DNA of 64,000 nucleotides from Planctomycetota bacterium (GTDB lineage: Bacteria; Planctomycetota; UBA8108; SXIK01), in contig CBDCXR010000004.1 of NCBI GenBank assembly GCA_965223845.1, forward strand, positions 5,536,001 through 5,600,000, written 5' to 3'. Below are positions 59,701 through 64,000 of the stretch, piece by piece. Every line of letters begins with the position of its first letter. The first letter of the stretch is position 1. Both the position numbers and the translations under genes were made by a program. The notes beneath the pieces are model-generated. The model saw only the letters and a list, made by a program, of their open reading frames with translations, searched no databases and had not been told where the DNA came from.

Positions 59701-62464
59701 TCAAGTTCACCGTCCACTCCTGCGGGCTCGGCATTCCGGCGCGGCGGAAGAGATCCGCGGCGAGGATCTCGTGCTCGATCTCCTGCGAGTTGAGATTGAG
59801 GCGCTGAATTCCCTCGAAGCGTCGATCGGCGGGGAACTGCACGCGAAAGGACTTCCGCGTCGCACCGCGCGCCGCCGAGCCGCGATAGCGGATTCCGGCG
59901 AGGTGACGGATCGTCCCGTCGCCTTCATCGTCGATCGCGATGAAGGTTCCGTAGAGGAGGACGTCGCTGTCTTCGTCGCGTGAACTGAGCTCGTCCCAGT
60001 CGTTGTCCTTCAGGATGAGATAGTAGTTCACCGAACCGTTGAGCGGCGGAACACTGTCGATGACCTGATAGAGGTAGTCGGGACCGTCGAAACCCGCGTA
60101 CGGTGCGACCTCGGGCGCGCGTGGGACGAGCGTCGTCTGTCCGTCCGCCGTCTCGACCTCGATCCGGTACGCGACGATCTGGCCGGCGCTTCGGGCGGGA
60201 AGAGTCCCGGCGTACCGGCCATCGCCCGCGACGGCGTCGCCTCCCGTTCCGTCGTCCGCGAGGGGCGCAATGCCCGAGCCTCCACCGCCGTCAACTCGCC
60301 ACAGGCAGCGCACCGCGACGATGGGACTCACGGACGACACACCGCATTCGACGACGACCCCCTCTCCGCTCCGCGGAATCGCCGGCGAATGAGTCGCTTC
60401 GCGCACGACCGCCGATGGCGTAGCGTCGTAGGCGTCGTTCGCCGCGGCCGGCGATCCGCCCTCGGGTCCGTCGGTCCACGCCGCGCCCGCCCGGTTGTCG
60501 AGCCCGGGATGGACGAGCTCGATCGTTCGGCCCGTCCCGTCCGCATCGAGCGGCCACTCGCTTCCGACGAAGGTTCGATCATCGACCTCGTCGGCGGGCT
60601 CCTCGTCGTTGACGGGACCGCCGTCGCCGTACTTCACGCGATCGGCGAGATTGCCGAGCGAATCCCGAAGATTGATCGTGTCCGAAGAATGCGAGAACGC
60701 GCCGCTCCAATCGCCGACCACCTTGGCGGCGTCGACGCCCGGATGGTTTGCGAGAAACCGATCGCGCGACGACGCGACCACGAGATAGTCCTCCGCGGCA
60801 ATTGTCTGCCCCGCCGGGAAAGCGAAGTCGATCCCTTTCGTGATCTCCCAATCGGTCAGGTCGACTGCGTCCGCCGTGCGGTTGTAGAGCTCGATCCACT
60901 GGTCGGGATCGGAGCAATTCCGGGCGCACGTCTCGTCGATCGGAACGGGAAGTGGGTGATAGTGGATCTCATTGATCACGACGGAGGTCGTAGGCGCGAA
61001 CGTGTTCGCCGCTCCCGAGCTGGGCGTGACGAGGACGAAGGCGTCGTTGTCGCCGTCCGGAACCCGCCCGTAGCTGTAGCCGTTCTCCCCCGGATCTCCC
61101 GGACGCGGATCGAGCCCGTCGACGTAGGTGCGACCATCGGGTGCGACGAGTGCGTAGGTTGCGCCACTCAGAAGTACGTCGAAGCCGAGCTGGCCGTCCG
61201 AGATCGATGCAAACCCACCCGAGGGAATCAGTTCTGCGTCGAGCGTCGACGACTGCCCGAGCGAGTCGACGATGCGATAGCCGGATAGGTTGACCGAGTC
61301 GCGCGTCGGGTTGTAGAGCTCGACGAAGCCGGCCGAGCCCGGCTCGGTCGCCTTGACCTCGTTGATGACGACGGACCCGCGGCTCGAACCGCCGCCGGCG
61401 TCGCCTCCGATTCGCGCGCGCAGGACGGGAATGAAGCTGCAGTCCGAACTATCGATATCCGCGTTGTGCACCTGCACCGCGAGAACGTTCGTTCCGGCCC
61501 GGAGGAGCTCCTTCGGCACGGGAAAGAGCTCGGCGTCGTCCGCTTCGTGTGTGCCCTCGGTAGTATCATTGTGCGCGACCGGGCTCCCGGCGTCTCCGAG
61601 CTCGGCGCGCGCGAATTCCGTTCCGTTCAGGTACGCCACGAAGCCGTCGTCGTACTGAATCTCGAGCGTGATCTGGCGGATCTCGCCGAGATCCGCCTCG
61701 CGCACTTCGAACGTCCGGCGTGCTGCGAAGGACACGTAGCCGCCCTGCATGTCGAGGAGCTCCGTACGATCGTCACCGTCGTCGTAGCCGATCCCCGCTT
61801 GCCCGGTCGCCCACGCGCCGTCGTCGAACTCGAGCTCGTTCCACCCTTCGGGGTACGGGTTCGTCCCTTTCTCGTAGCTCCACATCGCGCCGTCGGCGAT
61901 GAGGACCTCCTGATCCGCCGCGGCCACTGCGAGCCGCGGTCGATTCTCCGCCCCGGGAGTGCCGTCGACGAGCCGACTCGGCTGCCAGCTCCGCGAGAGA
62001 TCCGGAGACGCGTGCGGGTGGGTGAGCTCGAGGCTCGGGCCGAGTCCATCGGGTGACGACGGCCACGGCCCGCCGTCGCCGTAGTGCACCTGCGAGATGA
62101 CGGCGCCGAGACGCGTTCGGAGCCGAACGATCTCTCCCGCGTTGCTGAGCTGTCCGGCGAAGTCCCCGACGACCGCGTCGACTCCGTAGCGCGAACGAGT
62201 GTGCTCGGCATTCGGGCTGACGAGAAGGTAGGTCTTCGGCTCGATGACCGTCCCGTTCGGGATGATCAAATCGATGCCATCGTCGAAGATCCATCCGGAA
62301 AGATCGACCGCGGTCCCGCCGCGGTTGTAGAGCTCGACGAATTGATCATCGTTGAGACCACTGAGGGGATTGTAGTGGATCTCGTTGATGACGACGTCGA
62401 AGTCGCTCCCGAACGCGGGAACGCTGACGAGTGCCGCAAGGAGCGGGAACAATCGAGGATGCAT
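56789..62464 (-). CDS. Giant secreted lamin-tail + CotH kinase + beta-helix protein with C-terminal dockerin-like domain
   Basis: Three VVINE..ELYN lamin-tail domains, two GxGYxDGDDxTELLDM beta-sandwiches, CotH motifs (GIRYRG, KSFRV, NAD, IPWDIE), DAIDFD/DDGIDL beta-helix, FRRGDADEDG dockerin. Confidence 0.9.
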   Translation of the reverse strand: MHPRLFPLLAALVSVPAFGSDFDVVINEIHYNPLSGLNDDQFVELYNRGGTAVDLSGWIFDDGIDLIIPNGTVIEPKTYLLVSPNAEHTRSRYGVDAVVGDFAGQLSNAGEIVRLRTRLGAVISQVHYGDGGPWPSSPDGLGPSLELTHPHASPDLSRSWQPSRLVDGTPGAENRPRLAVAAADQEVLIADGAMWSYEKGTNPYPEGWNELEFDDGAWATGQAGIGYDDGDDRTELLDMQGGYVSFAARRTFEVREADLGEIRQITLEIQYDDGFVAYLNGTEFARAELGDAGSPVAHNDTTEGTHEADDAELFPVPKELLRAGTNVLAVQVHNADIDSSDCSFIPVLRARIGGDAGGGSSRGSVVINEVKATEPGSAGFVELYNPTRDSVNLSGYRIVDSLGQSSTLDAELIPSGGFASISDGQLGFDVLLSGATYALVAPDGRTYVDGLDPRPGDPGENGYSYGRVPDGDNDAFVLVTPSSGAANTFAPTTSVVINEIHYHPLPVPIDETCARNCSDPDQWIELYNRTADAVDLTDWEITKGIDFAFPAGQTIAAEDYLVVASSRDRFLANHPGVDAAKVVGDWSGAFSHSSDTINLRDSLGNLADRVKYGDGGPVNDEEPADEVDDRTFVGSEWPLDADGTGRTIELVHPGLDNRAGAAWTDGPEGGSPAAANDAYDATPSAVVREATHSPAIPRSGEGVVVECGVSSVSPIVAVRCLWRVDGGGGSGIAPLADDGTGGDAVAGDGRYAGTLPARSAGQIVAYRIEVETADGQTTLVPRAPEVAPYAGFDGPDYLYQVIDSVPPLNGSVNYYLILKDNDWDELSSRDEDSDVLLYGTFIAIDDEGDGTIRHLAGIRYRGSAARGATRKSFRVQFPADRRFEGIQRLNLNSQEIEHEILAADLFRRAGMPSPQEWTVNLTVRGDLDERYIRKERLDQDFLDRYYGPGARSNGNLYRALDPSEPDTPFEADLRYLGPDPESYRLYYRKSSNREEDDYSDVVELTRAFDPDETSDEEFADRLEQLIDVDQWARFFALQACLSNADGSIQNRSGEDYSLYHVPPGSTRPDAGRWVLIPWDIEETYENRTEPLFRSQLQTVRRFLTHPRFARLYYCNLLDLRFGVFSRLETRQRFRLIEPLFGFGTIDGIDQFITARIGFFDENIPQRLGGGTGSAMGDAIIDWGETWMYVRGDAEPSGGTLAWTTVDFDDAGWEAGRSGFGYGDGDDATELLDMRGGYSTVYIRRAFDVADPVLFGNLELAINYDDAFVAFLNGVEVARNNVGAPGDPIAHGDTADGSHEADGVEFFDLSPFANVVEEGTNVLAIVGLNGTLDSTDFSLSPMLRFGAESSQGVGCGEKIYTTQPTVLLTGTADACGATGVQIDGIDVDWDAMAARWSALVSVDVGDNRFEVTSIDTRGDPVESIDVDVRRITGGFTLVSGTLAGDVTWTADGGPYRLTADVTVPAGGSLSIESGTEIFGDPGVSILVDGRIFAEGTAAAPVVFRAGTCDGRWGGIGIEGTGTSPASFTHVFRYCEFDFGDEPAGFAGHIAPTNAKILVEDCRFTRLTTNAIDGVDSRLEVLDSEFKHIQEGVHGTDSTVIILGCRFEEMAGDKDAIDFDGNGTERSRIEGCTFIDGSDDGIDLGRTSVDIRDNVFVNIQDKALSLEGNGPLGAPSVSGNLIYNCGTAMALKNGVTVENSHHNTLVGNQEGINLFSKDGAPDGGHGIFHSTISWNNGIDVKLDDLSTVEFSYSNISDALWPGLGNISLDPLFRDVLAGDYSLRPGSPCIATGLDQSDMGAISFEETPTTPFRRGDADEDGTLTIADAIRTLDWLFASGSGPACRDRMDSNDDGVLNISDPLYSLFFLFGDGDAPPPPYPGPGLDPTGDGLVCP

Positions 62465-62713
62465 CGGGATCGTGGGTCTCGAGTCCAACCACCCCGAATC
62501 GTTCACCCGGAGACGCGAGCGATCGGTCTCCTACGACGTTCACGATCGAGTCATCACTGCCTGGTGACCGCTCGACCGTTCTCGCGCCCGTGGACGCGAT
62601 TCTACCCCAATGGTCGGAGCGCCACACCACCCCCGCCGTGCCGCGTCCGGCCGTTCGGTGGCCGACCGGCCCGTACGAGCGTTGTTCGCCCAGCCGGGCG
62701 GAGACGGAGCCGC

Positions 62714-63271
62714 TCAGCGGCGAAAGACGGCCCGCGTCGTCTGCGGGAGGTGGCACTGCCGGCAGTTCGCGCGCTCGGGGTGCGAGCAGCGGATTTCGTC
62801 GCGAGCACCCGGGCCCGTGTGACACGCGAAGCAGTTCTCCCGCCCGAGCGCGGCGTGGGGCATGACGGGCGGGGCGAGCGCGTGGTGGCGCGCGCCGGAG
62901 CGGAGATCTTGGGCGAGTCCGGCGAACGTCGACGCTGCGAAGCGTTCGGTCGTCGCGCGCGGTACATGGCACTGCCGACAGTTCGCCCACTTCCCGCCGA
63001 CCAGACCCTCCTCATGCGGCTGCGGCGGGGCGAAGCCGACGCCGGAGATCGCGAGCCCTTCGCCGGCGTGGCACGATACGCAGCTAGCGCCGTAGGGTGG
63101 GTGGGGAATGACGGGAGGCGCCCCATCGTACGCGCGCCGAGACGCTCGCACGTTCGCCGCGGTCTTCTCCGAACCGGCGGGTCCGCCACCCGAAGGCGGT
63201 GCTTCGGATTCGCAGCCGGCGGCGGACACGGCGATGGCGAAGAGAATCGATCGCGCAGAAACGCGTCTCAC
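62714..63271 (-). CDS. napB: NapB-like tetraheme cytochrome c lipoprotein
   Basis: SAAGC lipobox; APPVIPH/APPVMPH; four CxxCH (CVSCH, CRQCH, CFACH, CRQCH); GTGA overlap with napA. Confidence 0.8.
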   Translation of the reverse strand: MRRVSARSILFAIAVSAAGCESEAPPSGGGPAGSEKTAANVRASRRAYDGAPPVIPHPPYGASCVSCHAGEGLAISGVGFAPPQPHEEGLVGGKWANCRQCHVPRATTERFAASTFAGLAQDLRSGARHHALAPPVMPHAALGRENCFACHTGPGARDEIRCSHPERANCRQCHLPQTTRAVFRR

Positions 63272-64000
63272 GATGTCCCCGCGCGCTCGACGCGCACCGC
63301 GCACTTCTTGAAGTCCGGCTCCTTCGAGATGTTGTCCATCGCGTCGAGCGTGAGGAGATTGGCGAGTCGCTTCTCGTCGAAGAAGGGGACGAAGACGCTG
63401 CCGCGCTCCGGGCGGCCGCGACCGTCGATCTCGACGGTTAGCTCGAGCTCACCGCGGCGGCTGACGACACGCACGCGATCTCCCTTCGCGACGCCGAGCT
63501 CGATGGCGTCGGCTCGATTGAGCTCGACGTACGCCTCGGGAACCGATTGGTGCAGCTCGCGCACTCGCCGCGTCATCGAACCCGTGTGCCAGTGCTCGAG
63601 AACGCGCCCCGTGGAAAGCCAAAGCGGAAATTCATCGTCGGGCGCCTCCGCCGGTGGATGGTACGGCCGCAGCCAGACCGCAGCGCGTTCGCCGAAGCCC
63701 TTCGCCTTGTAGAAGTGGACGCCCTTCTCCTTTTTGACGTAGGGATCGTGCCCGGCGGCGTAGCGGTAGCGCGTTTCCTTACCGTCGACGACCGGCCAGC
63801 GCAGGCCGCGCGTCGCTCGCAGCTCGTCGTAGCTCGCGAGATCCTTTCCGCGGCCGAGCGTGAACTTCCGGTACTCTTCGTAGAGCTCGCGGTGCCAACT
63901 CTCGGCCGCCCACGGGAAGAGCTTCCCGTAGCCCATGCGTTTGGCGACCTCTACGATCTGCCACGCGTCTTCCTTCGCCTCGCCGGGCGGATCGATGAGG
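63268..64000 (-). CDS. napA: Periplasmic nitrate reductase catalytic subunit, 3' part (runs off the window)
   Basis: RGLRWPVVDGKETRYRY..G.DPYV, WLSTGRVLEHWHTGSMTRRV, NLLTLDA.D.ISKEPDFKKCAV. Confidence 0.93.
   Translation of the reverse strand, partial: LIDPPGEAKEDAWQIVEVAKRMGYGKLFPWAAESWHRELYEEYRKFTLGRGKDLASYDELRATRGLRWPVVDGKETRYRYAAGHDPYVKKEKGVHFYKAKGFGERAAVWLRPYHPPAEAPDDEFPLWLSTGRVLEHWHTGSMTRRVRELHQSVPEAYVELNRADAIELGVAKGDRVRVVSRRGELELTVEIDGRGRPERGSVFVPFFDEKRLANLLTLDAMDNISKEPDFKKCAVRVERAGTS

Overview
High-GC bacterial window. The gene content suggests Planctomycetota (inference): PQQ-like propeller, sulfatase, CRTAC1/ASPIC-UnbV, HEAT/vWA, lamin-tail/CotH and Cys-bridged dockerin-like domains. 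It holds about 42 supportable CDSs. I found no rRNA, tRNA, transposase or CRISPR array. Recognisable modules are two helicase-nuclease pairs (XPB-like + DUF790/Bax1; MrfA/MrfB-like), a hybrid histidine kinase, uxaC, tdh, an ABC-F ATPase, the 3' end of napA with a duplicated tetraheme NapB, a minor-pilin cluster and four secreted dockerin-like proteins, one of which also has a cohesin-like domain. The most unusual signals are non-coding. (1) Two tandem promoter + C-rich + terminator units at 2.6-2.85 kb look like sibling small RNAs. (2) Three secreted SdrD-B paralogues lie in tandem at 41.3-46.3 kb; the middle copy has a 14-unit TCACTGC-core repeat in its leader, and that core equals the loop of the upstream paralogue's terminator. 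(3) A GGA-rich structured RNA candidate lies at 52.7-52.85 kb. Product calls come from motif recognition only; no database searches were run.
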